Sequence record: SRR20825006_497
Length of the DNA stretch: 64,000 nt
Reading direction: 5' to 3' (one strand)
In this document: piece after piece, positions 16,856 to 26,177 of the stretch
Position numbering within the stretch: the stretch's first letter is position 1
Layout of the letters: the number at the start of each line of letters is the position of its first letter
Position numbers and translations under genes: made by a program
Notes under the pieces: model-generated
What the model was told of the DNA's origin: nothing
What the model saw: only the letters and a program-made list of their open reading frames with translations
The model's database searches: none

Positions 16856-18724
16856 TCACGCGGCGGCGGATTGGCTCAGCCGGGCTTTGACCTCTTCGTA
16901 CATTTCGAAATCAGGTCCAAAGGCCTTTTCGAGATTTTTCAAATCCTTGGCAGACAGGGTTTCAATCAGCTCAGAGGATTTGGTTTTGTGGCCGAGAGTG
17001 CGACGGGTGTCAACGATCTCCCCCGCAGCTTCTGTACCAAAACAGGTGCCAACGATTTTCTCCATCGCCGCATCCATGTCTTCAACCAGCCCGATGTAAT
17101 CATAGTCAATCAAATCATAGCTGGTCTCTTTGCGCTGAAGCCGCCAATGCCGATCCAGATCACGCGCGCCCTCATCCTCGGCCAAAAGCGCGATGAATTG
17201 TTTGAGGGTGATATTGCTGTTCTCGTCGCGCCCAAGATAGCGCATCAGGCGGCCTTTTTCTTTTTCATTGCCGTCGATCTTATCGGCCCAGGCCGACACG
17301 GTGCGGCTGATCGGGTCGCGGATCACGGTGAATTTGAACACATCCGGGTCCGCCAAAGCGTTCATGATCATCTGTTCGTTCAAGGCTTTCAAACCGCTCA
17401 TCACCAGGTTGGCGGGTGGGGAGTGGACCGAATTCAGCGTTTCCATCACGCCATTTCCCTCGTCGCCCCGCGCCCGTGCCATTTGCCGGATCAAGGTGGC
17501 CATCACCGTCGAACAGGCCGCTTTTGAGGTCTTCATAAACAAAAACTTCGATCCCGGCGGGGTAAAGGCCGACAGGTTCGCGGTTTGCAGGAAATGCCGG
17601 CGATGGATGTAATTCGCCATCAGATCGGAGGCGGAAACACCGCCCACGTCGACCGGAACGAACAGGTCGCTGGCATGGTCGCGAATACGGTCGCGGCACG
17701 CGCGGACCAGTTTGTTATCGACCTTAAATTCTTTGGCAACCTGACCAAAAGATTTATCGCCTTTGAGAGCCTCAAGACCAATCCGCGCCATAAAGGCCGG
17801 GTCGCCAATGACCAAACCCTGCGCGGGGTCGGAGGGTTTCGCCTTGTTGTCTTTGGCGGCGGTGTCTTTGACCGCACTGTCATCGAGCTGCGGTTTGTGG
17901 CGGGTCATGATCGGCGCTTTGGCCGGATCAATGTCATGCTTGCGCAACAGCGAGGCGAGGAAGGATTTCGGGTGCGGTGCGCCGCCCTCTTTCTCGATCA
18001 AACGCATCCGCATCCGGCGACCATAGAGGTGCACAGAGGTGGTTTTGTCGGTCACATAGGGCGACACATCGACGTCGCGTTTCAACATGATCCGGCGGTC
18101 TTTGAAGGTGAACGGATAGAGCACCTCCTGTGGGAAAGCGTATTTTTCTTCGCCGGTTTGGTGCAAGAAATGGCTGACCGCATGTGGCCCCCAGACGCCC
18201 CATGGTTGTTCAGAGGCGTGGACCGGCGTGCCCTCGGCCTTTTTCTGTTCCAACTCGGCTTGGTATTTCTCGCCGTAATAACTTGGGATCGAAAACTCGT
18301 CGGAGGTGAACTCCAACAGCGCCTTCAACGCATCACTGTCTTTCGGCAGACCCAGCACACCACCGTTGATGTGTTTGTCGCTTTCCCAACCAAAATAATG
18401 CCCGGTCTCGGTCTCAAACGGGCGCATGCAATAGGCGTCGGTATCGGCCCAGATCACATTGTCGCTTTTTTCCAACATTTTATAGCGGAAGAGATCGGAA
18501 TGCAGCGCAGGCGAGCCGGTGCGTTCATGTTGCAGGAAATTCGTCTGCGGCAGGAATTCGTTGGCATCGCCAAGCTCGATCCCCTCGGGGACGTTTTCAA
18601 GCGGCCCGTAATGATACAGAACGACCTTATGCCCTGCATCGACAAAGGATTTCAGACAAAGCTGTTCGAGGTAACTCAGCGGACCTTCCATCCACAACGC
18701 ACCGATCACTGGTAACTGTGCCAT
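16856..18724 (-). CDS. Fusion: DxD glycosyltransferase (GT32-like) + HTH-like linker + Sulfotransfer_2 domain
   Basis: N-term LSYLEQLCLKSF, SDLFRY, IWADTD, WGVWGP; C-term KTSKAACST (5'-PSB), FTVIRDPISRTVS (3'-PB), DRHWRLQ, YDYIG. Confidence 0.85.
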   Translation of the reverse strand: MAQLPVIGALWMEGPLSYLEQLCLKSFVDAGHKVVLYHYGPLENVPEGIELGDANEFLPQTNFLQHERTGSPALHSDLFRYKMLEKSDNVIWADTDAYCMRPFETETGHYFGWESDKHINGGVLGLPKDSDALKALLEFTSDEFSIPSYYGEKYQAELEQKKAEGTPVHASEQPWGVWGPHAVSHFLHQTGEEKYAFPQEVLYPFTFKDRRIMLKRDVDVSPYVTDKTTSVHLYGRRMRMRLIEKEGGAPHPKSFLASLLRKHDIDPAKAPIMTRHKPQLDDSAVKDTAAKDNKAKPSDPAQGLVIGDPAFMARIGLEALKGDKSFGQVAKEFKVDNKLVRACRDRIRDHASDLFVPVDVGGVSASDLMANYIHRRHFLQTANLSAFTPPGSKFLFMKTSKAACSTVMATLIRQMARARGDEGNGVMETLNSVHSPPANLVMSGLKALNEQMIMNALADPDVFKFTVIRDPISRTVSAWADKIDGNEKEKGRLMRYLGRDENSNITLKQFIALLAEDEGARDLDRHWRLQRKETSYDLIDYDYIGLVEDMDAAMEKIVGTCFGTEAAGEIVDTRRTLGHKTKSSELIETLSAKDLKNLEKAFGPDFEMYEEVKARLSQSAAA

Positions 18725-19103
18725 TTTTCCCTTCCAGAGCAAAAGACTATCGACTGTGACGCATATCGCAGAAGCATCCTAAAATACAGTTGAAAACAGC
18801 ATTGTTTCGAATGGGGAAACAACTGCGGCACCGCCGCACCACTTCAACCGATTGCGACACAAATGCGCACTCTGAGTGCGAAACACAGCTCTGGACCGAC
18901 ACGGACCCAAGACCTTTGCTCCCGCGCGCTTGACTTGGCCGGGACCATATGAGACCACAAAGGCCAGAAAAACAGGGCCGAAACGGTCGAACTTGGCAGG
19001 CATCTGGCACAGTTTGGACATCAGGCTCCGTCACCGTGTCGAATGACAGAGTCGCACAAGAGTTATGCGCGGACCATGCGCCGCAGCTACGGGTAGGTTA
19101 AGG

Positions 19104-20120
19104 GTGAACACACTCGCGATCACATGTCTGCGCGACGAGGGGCCTTGGCTTCTGGATTGGCTCGCCCATCATAAAGCCGCCGGTTTTACCCATTTTCTCA
19201 TCGCCTCACATGACTGCACCGATGGCAGCGCTCAGATGCTCGAAGCCTTGGACGCGAGCGGGATCATCACCCATGTGCCTTTTGTGCCCAAGGGCGAAAA
19301 ATCGGTGCAATGGCAGGCGATGAAACTCCTGTCCAAACACAAACGCTACCGGAGCGCCGATCTGGCGCTGTTTTTTGATGTCGATGAGTATCTGGTGATG
19401 CAAGACGCCAGGTCTGTCGCGGAATTGATGCCAGAGACGGCAGACGCGATGCCGCTGCGCTGGCATCTGTTTGGCAACAACGGGTTTGGCACATGGGATG
19501 ATGTGCCGGTGCCCGAGCGCTTTACCATGGCTGCGCCCGACGGCATCACCTTGCCCCTGGCACATTTTTTTAAAACGCTGCACCGGCCCAAGACCTTTCG
19601 TGACTTGGGTGTGCATCGCCCGAAAAATCCCAAGGACCAAGATCTGCCAAATTGGGTGTCCGCGAGTGGCGCCGCCTTGCCCACAGCCTTTGCCATGGCC
19701 CAAGCCCGGATCAACCTGTTCGGCGTGCCGCATGAAAAAGAGCGCGCTTGGCTCAATCATTACTCCGTGCGGTCGATCGAAGAATTCGTGCTCAAATCCG
19801 CGCGCGGCCTGCCCAATCATATGCAAAAGCCGATCGGCGCGGGCTATTGGGCCGAACGGAATTTTAACGTCACCTCAGACACACGCATCGCCGCCATGCG
19901 GCCCGTGGCCCATGCTGTGCGTGCCGAAATGGCGGCGTTTGAGCCATTGCATAAGGCCAGTGTCGCCGCCCATCGCGCGCGGCTCAAAACCTTGTTGTCG
20001 CGACGCGATGTGGTGGAATTGATGTGGCAACTGACCCTCATGGGCGGCTCCACCCCGCCCGGCCCAACGCAATTGGCCGCGCATCTGGCGCGGCTCAAAA
20101 CCCTGACACCAGAGGCCTGA
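19104..20120 (+). CDS. Glycosyltransferase family 2 (Glyco_tranf_2_4-like)
   Basis: TCLRDEGPWLLDWLAHH, DCTDGS, FFDVDEY, LGVHRP, LNHYSVRS; GTG start assumed at 19104. Confidence 0.88.
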   Translation: MNTLAITCLRDEGPWLLDWLAHHKAAGFTHFLIASHDCTDGSAQMLEALDASGIITHVPFVPKGEKSVQWQAMKLLSKHKRYRSADLALFFDVDEYLVMQDARSVAELMPETADAMPLRWHLFGNNGFGTWDDVPVPERFTMAAPDGITLPLAHFFKTLHRPKTFRDLGVHRPKNPKDQDLPNWVSASGAALPTAFAMAQARINLFGVPHEKERAWLNHYSVRSIEEFVLKSARGLPNHMQKPIGAGYWAERNFNVTSDTRIAAMRPVAHAVRAEMAAFEPLHKASVAAHRARLKTLLSRRDVVELMWQLTLMGGSTPPGPTQLAAHLARLKTLTPEA

Positions 20121-20128
20121 CCCAAGGC

Positions 20129-22375
20129 ATGAGCCCCTCCTCCCCCATGACCCACCTCATCACACGCACCCTGACCCACCGCACACTTGGCCCCGCCACG
20201 CTTTTGGCAGCCATCGGGCTTGAAAGTGGCAAGGCCGAATTGTTTTTCAGCCGCAGCACTCAGATGAGCGAGGCGGTGGCACAAAACCTGTTGCTGGATG
20301 CTGAATTGAAATCCGTCGGCGATGCGCCCTGGATCACCGGCACTGTCCCACCCGAGGGCATCCGCGCCTATTTCCAAGGGGCGCTTTGCGACATCACCCC
20401 GATCACCCCCGAGCCCGCGCATATGGCCGGGCGCAACGTGGCGCTCTCCACCCGCAATGGCGAGAGCGCGGAGGTGGTTTTGGAGTGGCTGCGCTATCAC
20501 GCGGTGCATCAGGGCATGAACGGGGCGGTGATTTTGGACCGGGCACGTCCCGGCGCGGATGGTGGGTTTGCCGAGGCTTTGGCCAAGGGGCTACCGGAGC
20601 TGAGTGGCGATATGGCGGTGGTTTTGGTGAATTGTGATGTGCCGCTGGGCCATCCCCATTTGCCCTCTGAAACCCATCCCTATGTCACCCCCGGCGCGCC
20701 CGGCAAGGACCGGATGGAGGTGCCCGAGGCCGATCCGTGGAGCGCGCCTTTGGCGGATGTCTTGGTCTATGAAATCCTGCGGCACCTGTATTTGCATCAG
20801 GCCCGCGCCGTGGCCAACATCGAGGTCTATGACCTGATCCCGCCCGCCCCCGAAGGCTCCGTGTTCGATCTGGCACAAGAGGCCGAACATGGGGTTGTGC
20901 AACTGATCGGCCAGCAATGTTATCCATGGCGGGTGCGCGAGGGCGACACGGTACAGTTTGGCGATCACGTTTGCGTCCAGTTCGATGAGAAAAAGCGCCG
21001 GGGGCGCTGGTGTGTGGCCCCCGCCAAACTGCCCGAGGGGGCGGTGTTTCGGCTGGTTCGGGTCGGCGGGGTCGAACCAACCACGCGCTACGGGTTTTAC
21101 CGCTACATGGCGCTGCGCCACGTCGCGCCCACCGTGTCGCGGATCGTGCCGAAAGCCTCGCTTATTCATGCGCAGGCGCTCATTGACATGGCCGCCTCGG
21201 AATGGGGTCACAAACCGATTTTGATGCCCGAAGAAAAGGTGGCCAAACCGCCTCGCGGCGACAATTCGGTGGCGATTGTCACCTGTATGAAAAACGAAGG
21301 CCCGTTCATTTTGGAATGGATCGCCTATCACCGCGCCATCGGGGTCGAGGGATTTTTGGTCTACACCAATGATTGCACGGATGGCACCGACACGTTTTTG
21401 GACCTGTTGCAAGCCAAGGGCTATGTCCAACACCGCGACAATAAGTTCCACGACACGGGCCTCAAACCACAGCACCACGCCTTGCAAAGTGCCGAGAACG
21501 AAGAGGTGGTGACGGGCGCGGATTGGGCGATTTCGATGGATGTGGATGAGTTCATCAACATCAAAGTCGGGGATGGCACGATGAGCGCGCTGTTTGATGT
21601 GGTGCCCGATGCCAACCTGATTTCCTGCACATGGCGGCTGTTCGGCAATGCTGATGTGCATGAGTATGAGGACGCATTCCTCTTGGCGCAGTTTGATCGC
21701 TGTGCGCCGGAGTTTGCCAACAAACCGCATCAGGCCTGGGGCTTTAAAACCCTGTTTAAAAATGTCGGCCTGTTCAAAAAACTCGGCGTGCATCGGCCCA
21801 AGGGGCTGAAACCGCAAATCTGGGACAAAATCCGCTGGTACAACGGCTCGGCCAAGCCGATGCCGAAAAACGAGTTTCGCAACGCTTGGCGTTCGAATGC
21901 CTCGACCTATGGCTATGACGTGGTGCAGCTCAATCACTATGCCGTGCGCTCGGCCGAAAGCTTTTTGGTCAAACGCGACCGGGGCCGGGTGAACCATGTG
22001 GACCGCGATCAGGGGCTGGCCTATTGGTTCCGCATGAACAACAATTACGAGCAAGAAACTTCGATTCAGCGGATGATCCCGCAGTTGCAGGTGGAATTTG
22101 ACCGCCTGATGGCCGACCCTGACATCCGCGCTCAGCATGAGGCCTGTGTCAAAGCGCACCGCGAGAAAATCGACGCGCTGCGTGCCACAGAAAACTACGC
22201 CGCGTTTTACCAGGAGTTGACTGGCTGGCGGATGGAAAAACTGGCGCGGATGCATCGGCATTTTGGCGCGAATGTCTTTTTGAATGGGCCACAAACCGTC
22301 CCTGATGAAATCGTCGCCAAAGACCCAGACGAGGATTTCTTTTTCACCGTGGACAAAGGGGAGACGGTGCATTGA
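20129..22375 (+). CDS. Large glycosyltransferase family 2 protein with tandem GT-like domains
   Basis: C-terminal TCMKNEGPFILEWIAYH, DCTDGT, MDVDEF, LGVHRP, LNHYAVRS; degenerate N-terminal copy TRNGESAEVVLEWLRYH. Confidence 0.88.
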   Translation: MSPSSPMTHLITRTLTHRTLGPATLLAAIGLESGKAELFFSRSTQMSEAVAQNLLLDAELKSVGDAPWITGTVPPEGIRAYFQGALCDITPITPEPAHMAGRNVALSTRNGESAEVVLEWLRYHAVHQGMNGAVILDRARPGADGGFAEALAKGLPELSGDMAVVLVNCDVPLGHPHLPSETHPYVTPGAPGKDRMEVPEADPWSAPLADVLVYEILRHLYLHQARAVANIEVYDLIPPAPEGSVFDLAQEAEHGVVQLIGQQCYPWRVREGDTVQFGDHVCVQFDEKKRRGRWCVAPAKLPEGAVFRLVRVGGVEPTTRYGFYRYMALRHVAPTVSRIVPKASLIHAQALIDMAASEWGHKPILMPEEKVAKPPRGDNSVAIVTCMKNEGPFILEWIAYHRAIGVEGFLVYTNDCTDGTDTFLDLLQAKGYVQHRDNKFHDTGLKPQHHALQSAENEEVVTGADWAISMDVDEFINIKVGDGTMSALFDVVPDANLISCTWRLFGNADVHEYEDAFLLAQFDRCAPEFANKPHQAWGFKTLFKNVGLFKKLGVHRPKGLKPQIWDKIRWYNGSAKPMPKNEFRNAWRSNASTYGYDVVQLNHYAVRSAESFLVKRDRGRVNHVDRDQGLAYWFRMNNNYEQETSIQRMIPQLQVEFDRLMADPDIRAQHEACVKAHREKIDALRATENYAAFYQELTGWRMEKLARMHRHFGANVFLNGPQTVPDEIVAKDPDEDFFFTVDKGETVH

Positions 22376-23307
22376 CCGAGACCGATCAAACCACTGATCA
22401 ACCCCCTGTGCGCAAGCGGGTTCATTTGCATATTGGCCTTCATTTTGCCGGGACCACCCGAATCGTCGAGGGTTTGCGGCAAAATTCGCAAGGCTTTGCC
22501 GAACGCGACATTCGCACACCGCCAGCACGTCTCTATCGACGGGCGATGACCGAACTTTTGGAGCGTCTGGACGGTTTACCACCGATTGAAGCGGAAGAGA
22601 TCGCGCTTTTGGACGAAATTCTTCAGGGCAACGCCGCCAAGACGGTGATCATGGCCGACGCCAACTGGGCCTCGCCCTTGGCCGAGGCGCTTCATGCAGA
22701 TCGGCTGTACCCCGACATTGGAACGCGGGTTGCCCCAATTGCCGAACTGTTTGAAAGCTCGGATCTGCGCCTCAGCCTGGCCCTGCGCAACCCGGCAGTG
22801 TTTGCCCAAAACCTACAGGATTCCGGCAAGGCGCGGGGGGCGACGAGTTCGTTTTTGCGCAGCGTCCAGCCGGAAAACCTACGCTGGCACGACACGGTGG
22901 AGGCCCTGCGCAACGCCTTGCCCAACGTGCCCTTGACGCTGTGGTGCGAAGAGGACACGCCGCTGATCTGGCCGCGGGTGATGCGCCAGATCGCAGGCCT
23001 GCCCAACGACGCCAAATTGCGCGGCAGTTTCGCCGCTTTGCGCGATCTGATCCAACCGGAGGGGTTGAAACGGCTTCAGGTGTTTTTGACCAAACATCCG
23101 CCCGAAACCGACGCCCAATATGAACGCACGGTTTTGGCATTCTTGGATAAATACGGCAAAGAAGACGCGCTTGATGAGCCCTGTGATTTGCCGGGTTGGG
23201 ACGCTGGCGTGATCGATATGGTCACGCAGCATTACGAAGAAGACATCGCGAAACTGTCCGCCCGCGATGACATCACATTCCTATTGCCTGCGACCATTGC
23301 AGGCTAA
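22372..23307 (+). CDS. Conserved hypothetical protein, degenerate P-loop/sulfotransferase-like fold
   Basis: LHIGLHFAGTTRI, LALRNPA, LTLWCEEDTPLIW; TTGA overlap with upstream GT. Confidence 0.75.
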   Translation: MTETDQTTDQPPVRKRVHLHIGLHFAGTTRIVEGLRQNSQGFAERDIRTPPARLYRRAMTELLERLDGLPPIEAEEIALLDEILQGNAAKTVIMADANWASPLAEALHADRLYPDIGTRVAPIAELFESSDLRLSLALRNPAVFAQNLQDSGKARGATSSFLRSVQPENLRWHDTVEALRNALPNVPLTLWCEEDTPLIWPRVMRQIAGLPNDAKLRGSFAALRDLIQPEGLKRLQVFLTKHPPETDAQYERTVLAFLDKYGKEDALDEPCDLPGWDAGVIDMVTQHYEEDIAKLSARDDITFLLPATIAG

Positions 23308-23322
23308 CGACCCTTTCGGCGC

Positions 23323-24021
23323 TTATAGCACTTTTGCGGCAGCGGCGCGGATGGCGCGGATGTTGTCGCCATATGGCGCCGGGTTGTTCACCGAACCGCC
23401 TTTGAACACGGCAGATCCTGCCACAAGCGCATCTGCCCCTGCGGCCACCACCAACGGGGCTGTGATCGGATCAACGCCGCCGTCGATCTCGATGTGGATC
23501 GGGCGATCCCCGATCATCGCCCGCAGCTTGCGCACTTTTTCGACCTGAGAGTGAATGAATTTCTGACCGCCAAAGCCCGGATTCACCGTCATCACACAGA
23601 CCAGATCGACCATATCCAACAGGTAATCGACCACCTCAACAGGGGTGCCCGGATTGAGTGCCAGCCCTGCCTTTGCGCCGGCCCCACGGATGGCTTGCAG
23701 CGTGCGGTGGATGTGCGGACCGGCCTCGACATGGGCGGTGATGATATCGGCACCCGCCTCGGCAAAGGCGTCGATATAGGGATCGACCGGAGAGATCATC
23801 AGATGCACGTCCATCACGGTCTTGATATGCGGCCGGATCGCCTTGCACATTGCCGGGCCAAAGGTCAGGTTCGGGACGAAATGCCCGTCCATCACATCGA
23901 CATGAATCCAATCGGCGCCCTCGGCCTCAACGGCTTCGATCTCACGGCCAAAATTGGCGAAATCGGCCGCGAGAATGGAGGGGGCAATTTTCACGGAACG
24001 GTCGAAAAGAATGTCGGTCAT
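23323..24021 (-). CDS. rpe: Ribulose-phosphate 3-epimerase
   Basis: [49 protein letters not shown]. Confidence 0.97.
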   Translation of the reverse strand: MTDILFDRSVKIAPSILAADFANFGREIEAVEAEGADWIHVDVMDGHFVPNLTFGPAMCKAIRPHIKTVMDVHLMISPVDPYIDAFAEAGADIITAHVEAGPHIHRTLQAIRGAGAKAGLALNPGTPVEVVDYLLDMVDLVCVMTVNPGFGGQKFIHSQVEKVRKLRAMIGDRPIHIEIDGGVDPITAPLVVAAGADALVAGSAVFKGGSVNNPAPYGDNIRAIRAAAAKVL

Positions 24022-24199
24022 CTGGGCGATTCCTCAGGGTGGTCTATGCTTGCCCGTGGCCTTACCCGGTTTAGGCCGCGCTGTCACCTGAAGAGCACCA
24101 TGCTCGCGAATGCAGCAAAACCGCGATTGCATCGCGAAATTTTCATGACGTGGCGGAATTTCATGCGATCCAAAGAAGGTCCTGTGTTAGGTTTTGCAC

Positions 24200-25072
24200 A
24201 TGACGCCAGCGAAACTGATCCCCATCGAGACTGCGACCAAAGATATTTGGGCCAAAGACATTTTAGCCAAGGGCGAGGAATTTCATTTTTCACGCTCAGT
24301 TTTGTCTCGTGCGCGGCCAAAGGCGCTGCATAACCAAGATTTTTACGAGCTGTTCTGGTTGCACAATGGACGGGCGCGTCTTGTGACGCCTGGGGCGAGA
24401 CTGTCGCTGAATGAAGGTGACATCGTGTTTTTGTCGCCGGGTCATCCGCATGGATTGCAAGGCGTCGGCGAGGAAAGCCATATCGTCAATGTCATCATTC
24501 GAAAGCGCCGAATCAAAGAGGTGTTGGCGCGATTTGCAGAGGTTGCACAGGTGTTCCCCGGCCCCGGTGCCGCACCGACCGTGGTCCATCGCGACATGCG
24601 GCATTTGTCGCGTCTTTCGGCGGCCGCCAAGGCGCTGGACGCCGCGCCACGCACCGCGCTCTACCTCGAAGCCTTTCTTTTGCCCCTGATCGCGGAACTG
24701 GCCAGTGAGGCGCGCGATCAAAGCGTCGCCATGCCGGTTTGGCTCAATGAGGCCATGATCGCGGCGGAGAAACCGGAGGTGTTTCGTGATGGCGCCTCCG
24801 GGTTGGTGGCGCAATGTGGCAAAGCCCATGCCCATGTCGCGCGCACGATGCAGGCGTCTTTGGGAATGACACCTTCGGATTTCGTAAACGGGCTGCGCAT
24901 GGATTATGCCGCCCGGCAATTGCGCGGCACGCCGGATTCGCTCTCTGAGATTTCTGAGGAAATCGGCATTCAAAACATGAGCCATTTTCATCGGCTGTTT
25001 CGCACCCGTTTCGGCATGACGCCGCGGCAATACCGGGTGAAACATCAAAAAGGCGTGGCCCAGCCCATTTGA
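24200..25072 (+). CDS. AraC-family transcriptional regulator (cupin + HTH, ChbR-like)
   Basis: LHNQDFYELFW cupin; LRMDYAARQL...ISEEIGIQNMSHFHRLFRTRFGMTPRQYR. Confidence 0.9.
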   Translation: MTPAKLIPIETATKDIWAKDILAKGEEFHFSRSVLSRARPKALHNQDFYELFWLHNGRARLVTPGARLSLNEGDIVFLSPGHPHGLQGVGEESHIVNVIIRKRRIKEVLARFAEVAQVFPGPGAAPTVVHRDMRHLSRLSAAAKALDAAPRTALYLEAFLLPLIAELASEARDQSVAMPVWLNEAMIAAEKPEVFRDGASGLVAQCGKAHAHVARTMQASLGMTPSDFVNGLRMDYAARQLRGTPDSLSEISEEIGIQNMSHFHRLFRTRFGMTPRQYRVKHQKGVAQPI

Positions 25073-25142
25073 CCAACTGGTCAATGATTGCCAAATCCCT
25101 CCACACATGCCAGCTTGTGAGTAAGCAAGGACGGAGCTTTCC

Positions 25143-26156
25143 ATGGGCACACCCGAAATGACCAAAGCTGACACCAGTGCCGCCACCTCAGGCATGCATC
25201 TGCCGCAGATCCATGAACCGCGCAATCCGGGCATGGCGCTTGATCTGGATGTGATCCGGGGCGTTCAGGCCAACACCTCGGCGATTGAACGGCGGTGTGC
25301 CACCCTGCCGGGGCGGCGCAGTGTCAAAAAGGATCACCAGGCGGCGTGGCTTTTGAAAGCCATCACCATGATTGATCTGACCACCTTGGCGGGCGATGAC
25401 ACGCCGGGCCGGGTCAAACGGCTCTGCGCCAAGGCGGCCCATCCGGTGCGCACCGACATTCTGGATGCGCTCGGCATGGGGCCCATCACCACCGGCGCGG
25501 TCTGTGTCTATCACGAGATGGTGGAAACGGCTGTCGCGGCCCTGGACGGCACCGGCATCCCGGTTGCCGCCGTGTCCACCGGCTTTCCGGCGGGGCTGTC
25601 GCCCTATCACCTGCGGGTCAAAGAGATTGAGGAAAGCGTCAAGGCCGGGGCGAAAGAGATCGACATCGTGATTTCGCGCCGCCATGTTTTGACTGGGAAC
25701 TGGCAGGCGCTTTATGACGAAATGGCCGAGTTTCGCGCCACCTGTGGCGAGGCCCATGTCAAAGCGATTTTGGCCACCGGTGAGTTGGGATCGCTGCGCA
25801 ATGTCGCGCGCGCATCGCAGGTCTGCATGATGGCCGGGGCCGATTTCATCAAGACCTCCACAGGCAAGGAAAGTGTCAACGCCACCCTGCCCGTCTCCCT
25901 CGTGATGATCCGCGCGATCCGCGACTATCACGCCCGCACAGGATACCGCGTCGGATACAAACCGGCGGGCGGGATTTCCAAGGCCAAGGACGCTTTGGTC
26001 TACCTGTCCTTGATCAAAGAAGAGCTGGGCAACCATTGGCTGTCGCCGCATCTGTTCCGCTTTGGCGCCTCCTCGCTTTTGGGCGACATCGAGCGTCAGT
26101 TGGAGCATCATGTGACAGGTCACTATTCGGCGGGCTACCGCCATGCCATCGGTTAA
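25143..26156 (+). CDS. deoC: Deoxyribose-phosphate aldolase
   Basis: IDLTTLAGDDT, STGFPAG, GAKEIDIVI, HVKAIL, GADFIKTSTGKE, GYKPAGG, RFGASSLL. Confidence 0.95.
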   Translation: MGTPEMTKADTSAATSGMHLPQIHEPRNPGMALDLDVIRGVQANTSAIERRCATLPGRRSVKKDHQAAWLLKAITMIDLTTLAGDDTPGRVKRLCAKAAHPVRTDILDALGMGPITTGAVCVYHEMVETAVAALDGTGIPVAAVSTGFPAGLSPYHLRVKEIEESVKAGAKEIDIVISRRHVLTGNWQALYDEMAEFRATCGEAHVKAILATGELGSLRNVARASQVCMMAGADFIKTSTGKESVNATLPVSLVMIRAIRDYHARTGYRVGYKPAGGISKAKDALVYLSLIKEELGNHWLSPHLFRFGASSLLGDIERQLEHHVTGHYSAGYRHAIG

Positions 26157-26177
26157 GCGCCCGCAAGAAGGATCAAA

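Noticed and set aside
17660-17800. Active IS3 insertion in the glycosyltransferase gene
   Set aside because: No terminal repeats, frameshift signal or OrfB; the segment is in frame and diverged, so reported as a captured domain instead
18745-19100. Long intergenic region with short ORFs (18747-19034, 18779-19021) and small hairpin CGCACTC-T-GAGTGCG
   Set aside because: No convincing coding signal or known RNA motif; treated as a divergent promoter region, though an sRNA cannot be excluded
20591-22582. Long antisense ORFs (e.g. 20591-22582, 25188-26888, 42186-43541, 46794-48476)
   Set aside because: Shadow frames opposite well-supported genes, expected at high GC; no family motifs
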